A DNA stretch of 64,000 nt, taken from Planctomicrobium piriforme (GTDB lineage: Bacteria > Planctomycetota > Planctomycetia > Pirellulales > UBA1268). The stretch spans positions 5,219-69,218 of the forward strand of contig CAMBPQ010000004.1 of assembly GCA_945869735.1 (NCBI GenBank), given 5' to 3'. Position 1 is the first letter of the stretch. Each line of letters begins with the position of its first letter. Below the pieces are notes generated by a model. It was given only the letters and a program-made list of their open reading frames with translations. It had not been told where the DNA came from and ran no database searches. The position numbers and the translations under genes were made by a program. This document shows, one piece after another, positions 17,330 through 29,409 of the stretch.

Positions 17330-18564
17330 ATGAACCTCTCCGGCACCTCGGGCAGCGGCTGGCGGCTGCCCCGACACGAACTGGCCCTGCTCGGCGCGAT
17401 CGTGCTCGTGTTCGTGGGCACCGGGTGGCTCGACACCAATCACACCTACTTCGTGAACTGGTCCGAGAGCCGCGACATCATCCTGCGAAACACGTCGCTT
17501 CTGGGGATCATCGCCCTCGGGGCAGCCGTCGTGATCATCGCGGGGGGCATCGACCTCTCGGCCGGGTCGATGGTCGCATTCAGTGCGACGACCTGCGCCC
17601 TGCTCCTGGCCGTGTTTTCCGAAGTCGATGACAAGCGACTCGTCACGGTGCCCCCGCTCGGTATCGCGGTCGCCATCGGCGGTGCGATGCTCTCCGGTCT
17701 GCTCGTCGGCACCCTGCACACCTGGCTGATCACGTCGATTCGGCTGCCGCCTTTCGTCGCCACACTCGCCACGCTGGTGGGCCTGCGGAGCTTCGCCCGG
17801 GCGATGTGCCTGTTCGTGACCAAAGAGCGTTGGGGGAGCGAGTCGCAGCAGATCAACGTCAACACGCCCTTTTTTGCCTGGCTCAAGGAGCACAACGTCT
17901 GGATCTCGACGGGCACGTTCCTCGTGCTCGCGTTTGTCACCTGGCTGATCCTCTCGCGGACGGTGCTGGGTCGGCACCTCTACGCCCTCGGCGGCAACGA
18001 ACAGGCAGCCCGTCTGAGCGGCATCCGCACCGAAAACGTGAAGTGGTTTGCGTACTGCTTCGGCAGCCTGACGGCGGCCCTCGCGGGCATCTTCCTCATG
18101 GCCGACAGCAGCGTGGCGCAACCGGGCAACCTCGCCCGCGGCTACGAACTCAATGCCATCGCGGCCGCCGTGGTTGGGGGTTGCAGCCTGCAGGGGGGCA
18201 TCGGCACCGTGACCGGCACGGTGTTTGGAGCCCTCTTTCTCAGGCTGGTGATCGACGCTGTGTCCAAGCTGATCAAGGCCAGCGCCGATGTCTACGAGGG
18301 AATGATCGTGGGCATCATCGTCGCCCTCGCCGTCACCCTCACGCAGTTCGGCCAATTGGCGAAGGCGGGCCGTACGCTCTTTCCCGGCAGCCGCGGCCTT
18401 GCGGCCATTCCCACGATCGCCACATTCGCCGGCCTGCTGGCGATGATGGGGGCCGCCAATGTGGAGGCGTTTCGAGGGCGCACCGGCCTCCTCGGCGTCG
18501 TGGTCGGTGGCGGCGTGCTCCTGCTCCTGTCCGCCATCCGCTGGACGGAAGGCCGCAGCGTGTC

Positions 18565-18568
<4 letters not shown>
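17330..18568 (+). CDS. sugar ABC transporter permease (RbsC/BPD_transp_2 type)
   Basis: ORF 17294-18568 with start at ATG 17330 (MNLSGTSG..), 2 nt after the binding-protein stop. Multiple TM helices. ..GGIDLSAGS.. motif. Confidence 0.85.
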
Positions 18569-20069
<1,501 letters not shown>

Positions 20070-20085
<16 letters not shown>

Positions 20086-21104
20086 CGGGAGACGATAGCG
20101 CGGGCCTTGGCCTCTTCACGGGTGCCCGACACGATCGCGCGGCCGTCGGCAAAGACCGACAGCTGGATTCCCTCCTCCACCTCGGCCCGCACGATCCACC
20201 GGTTCGCGACGACGCTCCCCACGGCCGCAAGCCGCGCGGCGATCGCGGCCAGATCGACCGCGCCGCCGGCTGACGGCACCTGCACGGCGTCACGGCCGCA
20301 CAGCGGCGTCGGCCGGGCACCGAGCCGGCCCTCGAGCCACGGGTAGTCTCCGCCCCGACATGTGGGGCAGCCAACAGTGGCAAGTGACGACACATCGACC
20401 GTCCGCCAGATATTTTCCCAGAGATCGCAGACGAGCAGCCGGTTGCCGGCCTTGTCGCCAGAGCCGACGACGAGCTTCATCGCCTCCGCCGCCTCGACGG
20501 CACCGACCACCAGCGCCGCTGGGCCGATGATCCCCGCGGTGTCGCAGGTCGCGAGTGACCCCGGCGCCGGCGGCTCCGGGATGAGGCACCTGAGGCAGGC
20601 GGTGCGGCCGGGTACGACCGTCATCACCCGGCCCTCGGCCCCAATCGCGCCGCCATGCACCCAAGGCACGCCGTGCCGGCAGGCGAACTCATTGACCAGA
20701 AACCGGGCCTCGAAGTTGTCGGTCCCATCGACGATCACGTCGATACCGCCGAGCAGTTCGGCCACGTTCATCGCCATCAGATCAGCGACGATCGGCTCGA
20801 TCGAAACCTGCGAGTTGATCCTGCCGAGTTGCCTGGCGGCGGCGACCGCCTTCGGCAGGCCGGCGGCGACGTCAGCCTCATCGAAGAGCACCTGCCGCGG
20901 GAGATTCGATATTTCTGGAACATCCCGATCAATGAGCCGCAGAAACCCGACGCCAGCACGGGCCAGCGTCATCGCGACGACACTGCCGAGCGCGCCGCAG
21001 CCGACGACCGCGATTCGTGCGGCCAAGAGCTTCGCCTGGCCGTCCGGGCCAAGCGATGCGAAGCGTGTCTGGCGGGAGTAGCGGTCTGCGTCGACGTCAG
21101 GCAT
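20070..21104 (-). CDS. ThiF/MoeB/HesA-family adenylyltransferase (E1-like)
   Basis: ..RYSRQTRF.., Rossmann loop VVGCGALGS, two CxxC pairs (CLRC, CPTC), and a C-terminal extension ending ..VFADGRAIVSGT..IVSRYLGA. Confidence 0.85.
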
Positions 21105-21159
21105 CCCTTCATCCTACCCACCGCGCGGCGATGTCGTGCGCTCTCCGGAAAGCCCCCAG

Positions 21160-21280
21160 CGGTAACAGAGGAGGCAAGGGGGTCGGCGAACGCTCGAGAA
21201 GCCTCGGGCGTATCCTCCCCCCCGCGACGAGACTTTTGCCGCCCCCGAGCCGGCGAACCACCAGAGTCGAATCCGCTTTA
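21160..21280 (-). repeat. R1 MITE-like element, copy C (truncated at one end)
   Basis: GAGGAGGCAAGGGGGTCGGCGAACGCTCGAGAAGCCTCGGGCGTATCCTC..GACGAGACTTTTGCCGCCCCCGAGCCGGCGAACCACCAGAGTCGAATCCGCTTTA. The terminal TTA (21278-21280) is the TAA stop of the adjacent minus-strand gene. Confidence 0.8.
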
Positions 21281-22252
21281 GGATATTTGGCGAAGCGCGC
21301 CCACGAGATATCCGGCCCAGTCCCACGGCAGGTGGTCGACGCCCGCGGCCAGTCCCCAGGCGGCAAGGTCGCCCTGCAAGACATCGCATGCCGAGCGTCC
21401 TGTTGCCGGATCGCAGCCATCATGCCGCCATGCGACGAGCGGCACGGCACAAGCCGACCGCCAGGCTTCGTGAGGCACGCAGCCCGCGGCGAGCGTAACG
21501 GCGATGAAGTCGAGTGGCGTCTTCACCATGGGAGGCGGCTGGCTGCCGTCGACTGCCTGGCCGATCAGCATGGTTCCCTTTGTGCGCCGCAGTGTGGCAA
21601 GCCGCCCAGCGATGACCTCCGACGGAACGTCCGCGGCGACCAGCGCGAGCATCGCGGCGGGATGGCGGGCAAGCGCAGCGACCTTGGCGGTCATCAGGTC
21701 GGCGGCTCCGAGCAGTGGTATGAGGGCCACGCCCATCTCGTCGGCGCTCGCGAGGTCTTCTTCCAAGACGTTCACGAGCACAGCCCCAAGCGACGCGGCT
21801 TTGACCGCAGGGAGGTCGGGGCGACCGGCAGCGACCACGGCCCGCGGCGCCCACCGCCGCCCGTCGAGCCACAACGACCGACCGCGGACACCGAGACGCC
21901 GCAAGCCAATGAGGGTGTCGGTACGGCCCGCCGCCGAATCGCTCGGACCGGTGCTCGGACTGTCGACAGTGGCCTCGAGACGGTAGAGATTCGGCAGTTC
22001 GGGCGTCCAATACGCCGGTTCGGTGAGGATCGCCCGCGAGACCGGACCGACATCGGCACCGCCCGGCAGCGGCACGAGCCGGGACGTCGTGGGGAGCGTC
22101 GTGTCGCGTCCGCGCCGGGGACCGATGATCGTGCCGGTGATGCGAGCCGCCGACGTTCCCGATCCCACGAGCCGCACGAAGGCCTCGGCCCGCATGTCGT
22201 CACAGGGACCGAGTAAGACGCTGATCTCCGGAAAGATGGCCGTGGCGGTCAC
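21278..22252 (-). CDS. hypothetical protein with glycoside-hydrolase-family-2-like remnant
   Basis: 324 aa, GTG start. ..EPAYWTPELPNLYRLEATV..IGLRRLGVRGRSLWLDGRRW.. resembles the GH2 sugar-binding/Ig-to-barrel junction, but the remainder is too short for a full catalytic barrel. Its start overlaps the upstream stop (GTGA, 22249-22252). Confidence 0.65.
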   Translation of the reverse strand: MTATAIFPEISVLLGPCDDMRAEAFVRLVGSGTSAARITGTIIGPRRGRDTTLPTTSRLVPLPGGADVGPVSRAILTEPAYWTPELPNLYRLEATVDSPSTGPSDSAAGRTDTLIGLRRLGVRGRSLWLDGRRWAPRAVVAAGRPDLPAVKAASLGAVLVNVLEEDLASADEMGVALIPLLGAADLMTAKVAALARHPAAMLALVAADVPSEVIAGRLATLRRTKGTMLIGQAVDGSQPPPMVKTPLDFIAVTLAAGCVPHEAWRSACAVPLVAWRHDGCDPATGRSACDVLQGDLAAWGLAAGVDHLPWDWAGYLVGALRQIS

Positions 22253-23874
22253 GCGTTGGTCGCCTCGACGAAGCGTTCCTTGGCCATGTCGGAGAGCCGC
22301 TTCAGGTCGAGCTTGCCGGAGCCGAGCATCGGCAGTTCATCGATCTCGGCGAACGCATCGGCTCCGGGTATCCAGAGATTCGGCAGGCCGTGCTCAGTGA
22401 GCCGACGGACCACGTCCCTGGGATCGTGTGCGGTCGGCAGATGGAAGACGATGAGCCGCTCTCCCTTCGCACGATCTGGCACGGCCGTCACGACGGCGAG
22501 CAGGTCGCCCTCAGCGGCGCCGAGTTCGGCATTGACCGCCTCCTCCACCGAGAGGTGCGGCACCATCTCACCGCCGATCTTCGAGAAGCGGCTCTCGCGG
22601 CCAGTGATCGTGATGAATCCGTCGGTGTCGAGCCTGGCGATGTCACCGGTGCAATACCAGCCGTCCTTCACGACCTTGGCGGTGAGGTCGGGGCGGTCGA
22701 GATACCCCTGCATCACGTTCGGTCCGGCGATCCACAGGAGTCCCTCCTCGCCGACGGGGAGTTCCTTCGCGCCGTCGCGATCGGTGATGCGGGCCCGACT
22801 GCCGAGGATCGGTTTGCCGACAGTGCCCTCGCGGGAGTCGACAGGGCGGCCGGGCACATGCCGCGACACCGGCACGTTCGCCGCCACCAACGGTGACAGT
22901 TCCGTGGCGCCGTAGGCTTCACTGGGCCGAATGCCGAACTTCTTCTCGAAGGCGTCGCAGACCTCCTTCGGAAGTTTTTCGGCCGCCCCAAAGACGCACT
23001 CGAGCGACGAGAAATCCTCGGCGGGTGTTCGCCGCGCATAGATGCGAAGGAAGGTCGGCGTCGCCATCAGAATCGTGGCGTGATGTTCTCGTGCGAGCTT
23101 GCCGACGACCTGTGCATCGCGGGGATCGGCGTGATACGCCACGGCGGGCTCAAGCGTAAGCGGCGTCCAGAGCGTGGTGGTGTAGCCATAGGAATGAAAG
23201 AAGGGCAGCACGCCGAGGGCGACATCGCCCGGCGAGAGGTGCAGCAACTGGTCGATCGCGCGGACGTTCGACCCCACATTCTCCTGCGTGAGCACGACGC
23301 CCTTCGGGTCACCAGTCGAGCCCGACGTGAAGATGACGGTGAGCGGATCATCGGGGCGGATCCTGTCGAGTCCCAGCGACCTTTCGAGCATTCCGATGGG
23401 AAGCAGCGTCGCCTGCACAAACCCCAGACTCTTATCGAGTACCGTGGCCTGCTTCCGTAGTTCACCGGCGTCGAGCATCCGGCGACCCACATCGAGCTTC
23501 ACCCGGGAGAGAAAGACGGGGCTCGAGATCACGTGCGTGAGATGCGCCCGGTCCATGCACACGTCGAGAATCGATTGCGTCGACGTGTAGTTGAGGTTCA
23601 CGGCCACCCTTCCCGAGAGTGCAAGGGCCGCGTTGACGATCGCTGCCCCGACCGTGGGCGGCAGGAGCACACCGACCATCTTTTCGTCGGGGGCGAGGGC
23701 GCGGTCGAGAACCCGCTTCGCGACAAGCGTGCGCAGGAGGAGTTCGCGGCCGGTCACCCGCGTGCCGAGCGAATCGGCCATCTTCATCCGCCCGCCGGCG
23801 CTGCGGCACGCCCGCAGCATCTGCCGCTGCAGGACGATCGGGCTGCCTGCGGGGGCCACACCGTGGTCTGTCAT
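22249..23874 (-). CDS. AMP-dependent acyl-CoA/acyl-ACP synthetase
   Basis: ORF 22249-24150 trimmed to ATG 23874 ([10 protein letters not shown]..). AMP-binding motif [13 protein letters not shown], then ..[21 protein letters not shown].. Confidence 0.9.
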   Translation of the reverse strand: MTDHGVAPAGSPIVLQRQMLRACRSAGGRMKMADSLGTRVTGRELLLRTLVAKRVLDRALAPDEKMVGVLLPPTVGAAIVNAALALSGRVAVNLNYTSTQSILDVCMDRAHLTHVISSPVFLSRVKLDVGRRMLDAGELRKQATVLDKSLGFVQATLLPIGMLERSLGLDRIRPDDPLTVIFTSGSTGDPKGVVLTQENVGSNVRAIDQLLHLSPGDVALGVLPFFHSYGYTTTLWTPLTLEPAVAYHADPRDAQVVGKLAREHHATILMATPTFLRIYARRTPAEDFSSLECVFGAAEKLPKEVCDAFEKKFGIRPSEAYGATELSPLVAANVPVSRHVPGRPVDSREGTVGKPILGSRARITDRDGAKELPVGEEGLLWIAGPNVMQGYLDRPDLTAKVVKDGWYCTGDIARLDTDGFITITGRESRFSKIGGEMVPHLSVEEAVNAELGAAEGDLLAVVTAVPDRAKGERLIVFHLPTAHDPRDVVRRLTEHGLPNLWIPGADAFAEIDELPMLGSGKLDLKRLSDMAKERFVEATNA

Positions 23875-23899
23875 CGTCGCTCGCTCTCGCCGGGGACGG

Positions 23900-23943
23900 G
23901 TTTCATCAGGGCTCGTTGCCCGTTTCGTCAGGGCTATTAGAAT
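23900..23943 (+). promoter_or_regulatory. 22-bp-spaced direct repeats plus TAGAAT box in the divergent acyl-CoA synthetase/leuS intergenic region
   Basis: GTTTCATCAGGGCT (23900-23913) and GTTTCGTCAGGGCT (23922-23935), followed by TAGAAT (23938-23943). The same GGG.T..TAGAAT context occurs at 5096-5105 upstream of ssrA. Confidence 0.25.
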
Positions 23944-24062
23944 CGCGGCATGCCGGTGTGAACAGCCAAACGGCCCGCGAACGCCGGTCGCTTTGGCATC
24001 TCCCCCGACTCGGACGCCAGGTCGCCGTCCGGGCGCTCCGGCGGCCCTCGGACTCAAGCAGG

Positions 24063-26870
24063 ATGCCCCGGTACCAGCCCTCGCGGATCGAACCGAAATG
24101 GCAGGACTGGTGGGGGGCCCGCGGCACGTTCGCCTCGGCCCGCCTGCCAACGGGCCGCAAGGCCTACATCCTCGACATGTTCCCCTACCCGAGTGGTGAC
24201 GGGCTTCACGTCGGCCACCCCGAAGGCTACACCGCCACCGATATCGTTGCCCGGTTCGAGAGGATGCGGGGCACGAGTGTCATGCACCCCATGGGCTTCG
24301 ACGCCTTCGGCCTGCCTGCCGAGGAATACGCGATCCGCACCGGCACTCCGCCGCGGGAGAGCACCGAACGGAACATCGCCACGTTCACCCGCCAACTCAG
24401 GATGCTCGGCTTCAGCTACGACTGGGACCGGGTGCTGGCCACTACCGATCCCGGCTACGTCCGCTGGACGCAGTGGATCTTTCTCGTCCTATTCGACACC
24501 TGGTTCGACCCGGTAGAGGGCAAGGGCCGCCCGATCGCCGAGCTGCCGATTCCTCCGGAAGTTACCCGCGAGGGTGAGGCCGCCGTGGCGAGACACCGCG
24601 ACGCTCACCGACTCGCCTACCAGTCGGAGGCACCGGTGAACTGGTGCCCGGCGCTGGGCACCGTGCTGGCCAACGAGGAGGTGATCGGGGGTGTGAGCGA
24701 GCGGGGCGGCCATCCGGTGGTCCGCATTCCGCTCCGCCAGTGGATGCTGCGAATCACCGCCTACGCCGACCGGCTGGAGCGGGAACTTGAAGGGCTTGAT
24801 TGGCCGGCCAGCATCAAGAAACTCCAGTGCGACTGGATCGGCCGCAGCACGGGGGCTGAGGTCGATTTCCTCATCGTGCCGGCCGCTGCCACCGCCGACA
24901 TGAGCAACCTCGCCTTCGAGCGGTGGAAACGCGACCGGGCAGGAACGGGTTTCCCCGAAAACCTGGGAGACGATGTCCTGCGGGTCTACACGACGCGGCC
25001 CGACACGCTGTACGGCGTGACCTGCATGGTGGTGGCGCCCGAGCATCCGCTCGTTGACATCCTCACGTCCCCAGCCCAACGAAACGAGATCACGGCCTAT
25101 TGCGAGGTGGCCGCTCGTAAGAGCGACCTCGATCGCACTGACCTCGCCCGTGGCAAGACGGGCGTGTTCACAGGTTCTCATGTCCTTCATCCACTGACAG
25201 GCAAGTCGGTTCCGGTCTGGGTGGCCGACTACGTCTTGGCAACCTACGGCACTGGCGCGATCATGTCCGTGCCGGCCCACGACGATCGCGACAACGAGTT
25301 TGCCAGGACGTTCGGCCTCGAGGTCGTCACCGTCGTAGAACCGGCGGACGGCTCGGCCGTCGCCGCAGGCGAACTCTTTGCGGGCGACGGCCGCGGAGTC
25401 GCCTCGGGCCCCTACACCGGCCTCGCAACCCGCGATTTCATCGCCCGGGTTGCCGCCGACCTTGCGACCGCGGGCCTGGGCCGTCCGGCCGTCAACTACA
25501 AACTCCGCGACTGGCTCTTCAGCCGTCAACGGTTCTGGGGCGAGCCATTCCCGATCTTGCACGAGGTCGACGCAGACGGGAAACCGACCGGCGCGATCCG
25601 CGCGGTCGACGAGAGCGAACTACCCGTCAGCCTTCCGGAACTCACCGACTTCCGCCCTGGTGACACGCCCGACCCGCCGCTGTCGCGATCGGGCCCCGAG
25701 TGGCTGTATGTCGAGCGCGACGGCAAGCGATACAGGCGTGAGACCAACACCATGCCCCAGTGGGCGGGATCGTGCTGGTATTACCTGCGGTTTCTCGACC
25801 CGAAGAATGACGGCTGTTTTCTCGATCCGGAGATCGAACAGGCGTGGATGCCGGTCGACCTCTACATCGGTGGCGCCGAGCATGCCGTACTCCACCTGCT
25901 CTACAGCCGATTCTGGCACAAGGTGCTCCACGACCGCGGCCACGTCTCGTACCCGGAACCGTTCGGCAAACTCGTCAACCAGGGAATGATCCTCGGCGAG
26001 ATGGAGTTCACCGGCTACCGCAGCACCAAGGGGGGCTGGGTGTCGGCCGAACAGCGAACCGCCGACGACGTGTCTGCGAAGGTCCCTGCCGATCAGGTGG
26101 AGAAGCAGGGGGATTCCTTCGTGCTCCGCGACGCGTCAAAGATCCGTGTCGAAAGCCGGGCCTACAAGATGTCGAAGAGCCGCGGCAACGTGGTCAATCC
26201 CGACCAGGTGGTCCGTGACTTCGGCGCCGACTCGCTCCGCCTCTACGAGATGTTCATGGGACCGCTCGAGGCCACGAAGCCATGGAGCACGGCCGGCGTG
26301 AGCGGTGTGCGCGGGTTCCTCGACCGCTGCTGGCGGCTGGTGGTGGACGAGCGGGCCGACGACCTCTGCCTGGCGAGCCAGGTCTGTGACGACCCGCCGA
26401 CCGACGACCACCTTCGCGAAATCAACCGCACGATCGACAAGGTGACCCGCGATATCCAGTCGCTGTCGTTCAACACCGCGATCGCTCGGATGATGGAGTT
26501 CGTCAACTTCTGCACGCCGCTAGAGCGGCGACCGCGGGCGATCCTGGAGCCCTTCGTGAAGATCCTCGCGCCGTTCGCGCCCCATCTTGCCGAGGAACTC
26601 TGGGAACTACTCAGCAGGCCCGCACCGGTATCGCTCGCAGACTGGCCGCTCGTCGAGGAGAAATGGCTCAAGGACGACACGGTCGAGATCCCGGTTCAGA
26701 TCCAAGGCAAGCTCCGTGGCCGCGTGGTTATGCCGGCCGATGCCGACATCGAGGCCATGAAGGCCGCCGCGGCGGCTGACCCGAGGATCGCCGAGCAGCT
26801 CGCCGGGAGGGAGATCGTGAAGGTCGTCGCCGTCCCGGGCCGTCTCGTCAACTTCGTCGTTAAGGGATAG
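24063..26870 (+). CDS. leuS: leucine--tRNA ligase
   Basis: ORF 23916-26870 trimmed to ATG 24063 ([17 protein letters not shown]..). HIGH-type motif [10 protein letters not shown] and the KMSKS motif YKMSKSRGN. Confidence 0.95.
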   Translation: MPRYQPSRIEPKWQDWWGARGTFASARLPTGRKAYILDMFPYPSGDGLHVGHPEGYTATDIVARFERMRGTSVMHPMGFDAFGLPAEEYAIRTGTPPRESTERNIATFTRQLRMLGFSYDWDRVLATTDPGYVRWTQWIFLVLFDTWFDPVEGKGRPIAELPIPPEVTREGEAAVARHRDAHRLAYQSEAPVNWCPALGTVLANEEVIGGVSERGGHPVVRIPLRQWMLRITAYADRLERELEGLDWPASIKKLQCDWIGRSTGAEVDFLIVPAAATADMSNLAFERWKRDRAGTGFPENLGDDVLRVYTTRPDTLYGVTCMVVAPEHPLVDILTSPAQRNEITAYCEVAARKSDLDRTDLARGKTGVFTGSHVLHPLTGKSVPVWVADYVLATYGTGAIMSVPAHDDRDNEFARTFGLEVVTVVEPADGSAVAAGELFAGDGRGVASGPYTGLATRDFIARVAADLATAGLGRPAVNYKLRDWLFSRQRFWGEPFPILHEVDADGKPTGAIRAVDESELPVSLPELTDFRPGDTPDPPLSRSGPEWLYVERDGKRYRRETNTMPQWAGSCWYYLRFLDPKNDGCFLDPEIEQAWMPVDLYIGGAEHAVLHLLYSRFWHKVLHDRGHVSYPEPFGKLVNQGMILGEMEFTGYRSTKGGWVSAEQRTADDVSAKVPADQVEKQGDSFVLRDASKIRVESRAYKMSKSRGNVVNPDQVVRDFGADSLRLYEMFMGPLEATKPWSTAGVSGVRGFLDRCWRLVVDERADDLCLASQVCDDPPTDDHLREINRTIDKVTRDIQSLSFNTAIARMMEFVNFCTPLERRPRAILEPFVKILAPFAPHLAEELWELLSRPAPVSLADWPLVEEKWLKDDTVEIPVQIQGKLRGRVVMPADADIEAMKAAAAADPRIAEQLAGREIVKVVAVPGRLVNFVVKG

Positions 26871-26942
26871 CCGGCTTTCCCCACCGGCGGCGGTTCCGTA
26901 GCATGGGGCCTTCATCGTTCGTCGGCCCGTAAGGAGCATTCC

Positions 26943-28259
26943 ATGCCCGTGCAGCGTGTTCTCGCCCTGGTGCTCGGCGGTGGCCGCGGCACAAGGCTTT
27001 ATCCGCTCACCCGCGATCGCTCGAAGCCGGCGGTGCCGCTGGCTGGAAAATACCGCATCATCGACGTGCCGCTGTCGAACTGCATCAACAGCGGTGTGCA
27101 ACGGATCTACGTGCTCACGCAGTTCAACTCCGTGAGCCTCCACCGCCACATCCGTCGCACCTATACGTTCGACCCGTTCAGTGGCGGCTTCGTCGAGATC
27201 CTCGCAGCCCAGCAGACGCTCGATAACTCGGGTTGGTACCAGGGCACCGCCGACGCCGTGCGGCAGAACATTCGGTATCTCCAGCAGCCGGACATCAAAC
27301 ATGTGCTCATTCTCTCGGGCGACCAGCTCTACCGGATGAATTACGCCGACATGCTGGCGACTCACGTCGCTCACAACGCTGACGTCACGATCGCCGGCAT
27401 CCCTGTGCTGGACGAGGCCGCCTCGGGGCTCGGCCTGATGCGACTCAACAGCGTCGGCCGCGTGGAAGGTTTTCTTGAAAAGCCGCAAACGGCTGCCGAA
27501 CTCGACATGATGCGCACCGACCCGGCATGGATCGACAACCAGGGAATCCCCGCGAAGGGGCGGTCGCTCATGGCAAGCATGGGCATCTATCTCTTCAACC
27601 GCGACTGCCTGATCGACCTGCTGACCAAGACCGACTATCAGGACTTCGGCCGCGAGGTATTTCCCACCGCCATCCGGGCGAAGCATGTGCAACTCCATCC
27701 GTTCGACGGTTACTGGGAGGACATTGGTACGATCCGGTCCTACTTCCAGTGCAACCTCGATCTGGCTGGGATTGCACCCCCCTTCGACCTGGTGAACGCC
27801 GAGGCGCCGATCTATTCCCGGGGCCGGTTTCTGCCGCCGACCAGGATCGCCGGCGCGAGTATCCGCAACAGCCTCGTATCCGATGGGTGCGTTGTCGAAT
27901 CGGGGACCGTGATCGAGAACAGCGTGATCGGCCTGCGGTGCCGGATCGGCAGAAACGTCATCATCCGTGACTCCGTGATCCTTGGAAACGACTTCTACGA
28001 GACCGATGGCGTCCTCGCCGACGCGGCCGTCCGGGGCCTGCCACCACTCGGCATCGGTGACGATACGATCATCGCCGGTGCGATCATCGACAAGAACGTC
28101 CGCATCGGCAAGCGGGTGAGGATCGCCAACGAACACGGCTGGCAGAACACGGCCGACAGCGACCAATTCATGATCCGCGATGGCGTGGCCGTGGTTCCGA
28201 AGGACGGGCTTGTCCCGGACGGCTGGATTCCCGAGCCCGGCTCCGTGAAGCCCGGTTAG
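26943..28259 (+). CDS. glgC: glucose-1-phosphate adenylyltransferase (paralog 1)
   Basis: LVLGGGRGTRLYPLTRDRSKPAVPLAGKYRIIDVPLSNCINSG. AAGGAG Shine-Dalgarno sequence 7 nt upstream. The TAG stop (28257-28259) is the first 3 nt of R1 copy D. Confidence 0.95.
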   Translation: MPVQRVLALVLGGGRGTRLYPLTRDRSKPAVPLAGKYRIIDVPLSNCINSGVQRIYVLTQFNSVSLHRHIRRTYTFDPFSGGFVEILAAQQTLDNSGWYQGTADAVRQNIRYLQQPDIKHVLILSGDQLYRMNYADMLATHVAHNADVTIAGIPVLDEAASGLGLMRLNSVGRVEGFLEKPQTAAELDMMRTDPAWIDNQGIPAKGRSLMASMGIYLFNRDCLIDLLTKTDYQDFGREVFPTAIRAKHVQLHPFDGYWEDIGTIRSYFQCNLDLAGIAPPFDLVNAEAPIYSRGRFLPPTRIAGASIRNSLVSDGCVVESGTVIENSVIGLRCRIGRNVIIRDSVILGNDFYETDGVLADAAVRGLPPLGIGDDTIIAGAIIDKNVRIGKRVRIANEHGWQNTADSDQFMIRDGVAVVPKDGLVPDGWIPEPGSVKPG

Positions 28260-28416
28260 AGGGCATCCGACTTACGTGGATCGACGACTCGGGGTCGGCA
28301 AAAGTCCCGTCGCCGGGGCGAGGATACGCCCAAGGCTCCTCGAGCGTTCGCCGACCCCCTCGCCGACCCCTTCCAGAGTGCCCTCTCGGCGCTCCACCAA
28401 CGGCAGAGCCGCGCTA
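28257..28416 (+). repeat. R1 MITE-like element, copy D (fills the convergent intergenic gap stop-to-stop)
   Basis: TAGAGGGCATCCGACTTACGTGGATCGACGACTCGGGGTCGGCAAAAGTCCCGTCGCCGGGGCGAGGATACGCCCAAGGCTCCTCGAGCGTTCGCCGACCCC..GCGCTCCACCAACGGCAGAGCCGCGCTA. The first TAG is the glgC stop. The last CTA is the stop of minus-strand gene 28414-29055. Confidence 0.9.
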
Positions 28417-29055
28417 GCGAAGTTGGCGGGTCCGCCAGCCGGGCGTTTCCGCCAGCGAGGGGATTGCAGCCGGCTGCTGCGGATTGGCCTCAAGGGGCGC
28501 TTCCTCAACCTGGTCGGTAGGCGCGGCCGAGGCGGCGACCTCCTCCTCGACGTCGAGCGAGACGTCGTCAACTTCTGTGAGAACGATGCTCGACCCGTTA
28601 GCCGCCAGCGGGGCGGTAGCGACATCGTCGTCGTTTGTCTCCTCGCCGCGAACCATCAGGATGCTGACCGGTTCCCCCGCTCCGACGGCCTGATCGACGG
28701 CCTCATCGGCGGGCAGTGGATCGGCGAGCGTCGGCTCTCCGGTGCGGCGGGAAACCCGCTTCGCGACGGGCCCCAAATCACTCTTGGTGGTAGCCCGCTC
28801 GACGAGCGGTGGCCACGGGCACGGCACCGCATTCAGCGGCAGGATTCCGCCGCTTCGCGCACGAAACTCGTTTTGCGGCGCCGAACCGTTCGGCACTGCC
28901 CCGGAGTAGTCGTACGGATCGGGGCACATCGTGCATCCCGACAGCACCGCGACCACCGCCACGGCGGCGACGCGACCACTCACCGTCCCGGCGAAGCGGC
29001 CCAAGCGGTCCATACGATTCCGACGTCCTTCCCCGGAACGGGCCGGCCGGGTCAC
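28414..29055 (-). CDS. hypothetical lipoprotein with acidic C-terminal half
   Basis: Lipobox ..AAVAVVAVLSGC|TMC. ATG 29013 (MDRLGRFAG..) is an alternative start. No recognisable domain. Confidence 0.6.
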   Translation of the reverse strand: MTRPARSGEGRRNRMDRLGRFAGTVSGRVAAVAVVAVLSGCTMCPDPYDYSGAVPNGSAPQNEFRARSGGILPLNAVPCPWPPLVERATTKSDLGPVAKRVSRRTGEPTLADPLPADEAVDQAVGAGEPVSILMVRGEETNDDDVATAPLAANGSSIVLTEVDDVSLDVEEEVAASAAPTDQVEEAPLEANPQQPAAIPSLAETPGWRTRQLR

Positions 29056-29182
29056 CCCGGCCCACGCCCACCCTCGATCCGCGGCTGCTCACCACACCCC
29101 AGCGGCTGCTCCCCACCCCCACCACCCATACCAGTCATCGGATCGGCACGACCCGTTTCTTCAGCAAATCGCAGACGTCTCG

Positions 29183-29364
29183 TGAGAGCGCATCTGCCTT
29201 TGGTGGAGCGGCGAGATGGCACCTTGGAGGAGGGAGGCAAGGCGGTCGGCGAACGCTCGAGGAGCCATGGGCGGATCCTCGCCCCGGCGACAATCCGCAG
29301 GACCGCGCAGCGGCGACTTTTGCCGCCCCCGAACCGGCGATCCACAGAAGTCGAATGCACTCTA
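29183..29364 (-). repeat. R1 MITE-like element, copy E (with ~20-nt internal insertion)
   Basis: TGAGAGCGCATCTGCCTTTGGTGGAGCGGCGAGATGGCACCTTGGAGGAGGGAGGCAAGGCGGTCGGCGAACGCTCGAGGAGCC...GACTTTTGCCGCCCCCGAACCGGCGATCCACAGAAGTCGAATGCACTCTA. Confidence 0.85.
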
Positions 29365-29409
29365 CCGGTCGTCTCAGGAAGCCCAGCGGCGTGAACCGTG
29401 GGGACCGGA

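Noticed and set aside
17806-18564. Upstream extensions of real genes given in the track: 17806 for the ABC ATPase, 23916 for leuS, 54775 for accD, 22249-24150 for the synthetase, 44556-46706 for the DUF11 protein, and 41674-42717.
   Set aside because: The extensions overlap neighbouring genes or repeats and lack homology-like sequence. Internal starts give canonical N-termini (for example [27 protein letters not shown], and MERRRPS followed by the Zn ribbon).
24489-28166. Minus-strand ORFs 24489-25562 (357 aa) and 26607-28166 (519 aa).
   Set aside because: They are antisense to leuS and glgC respectively and have no recognisable domains.
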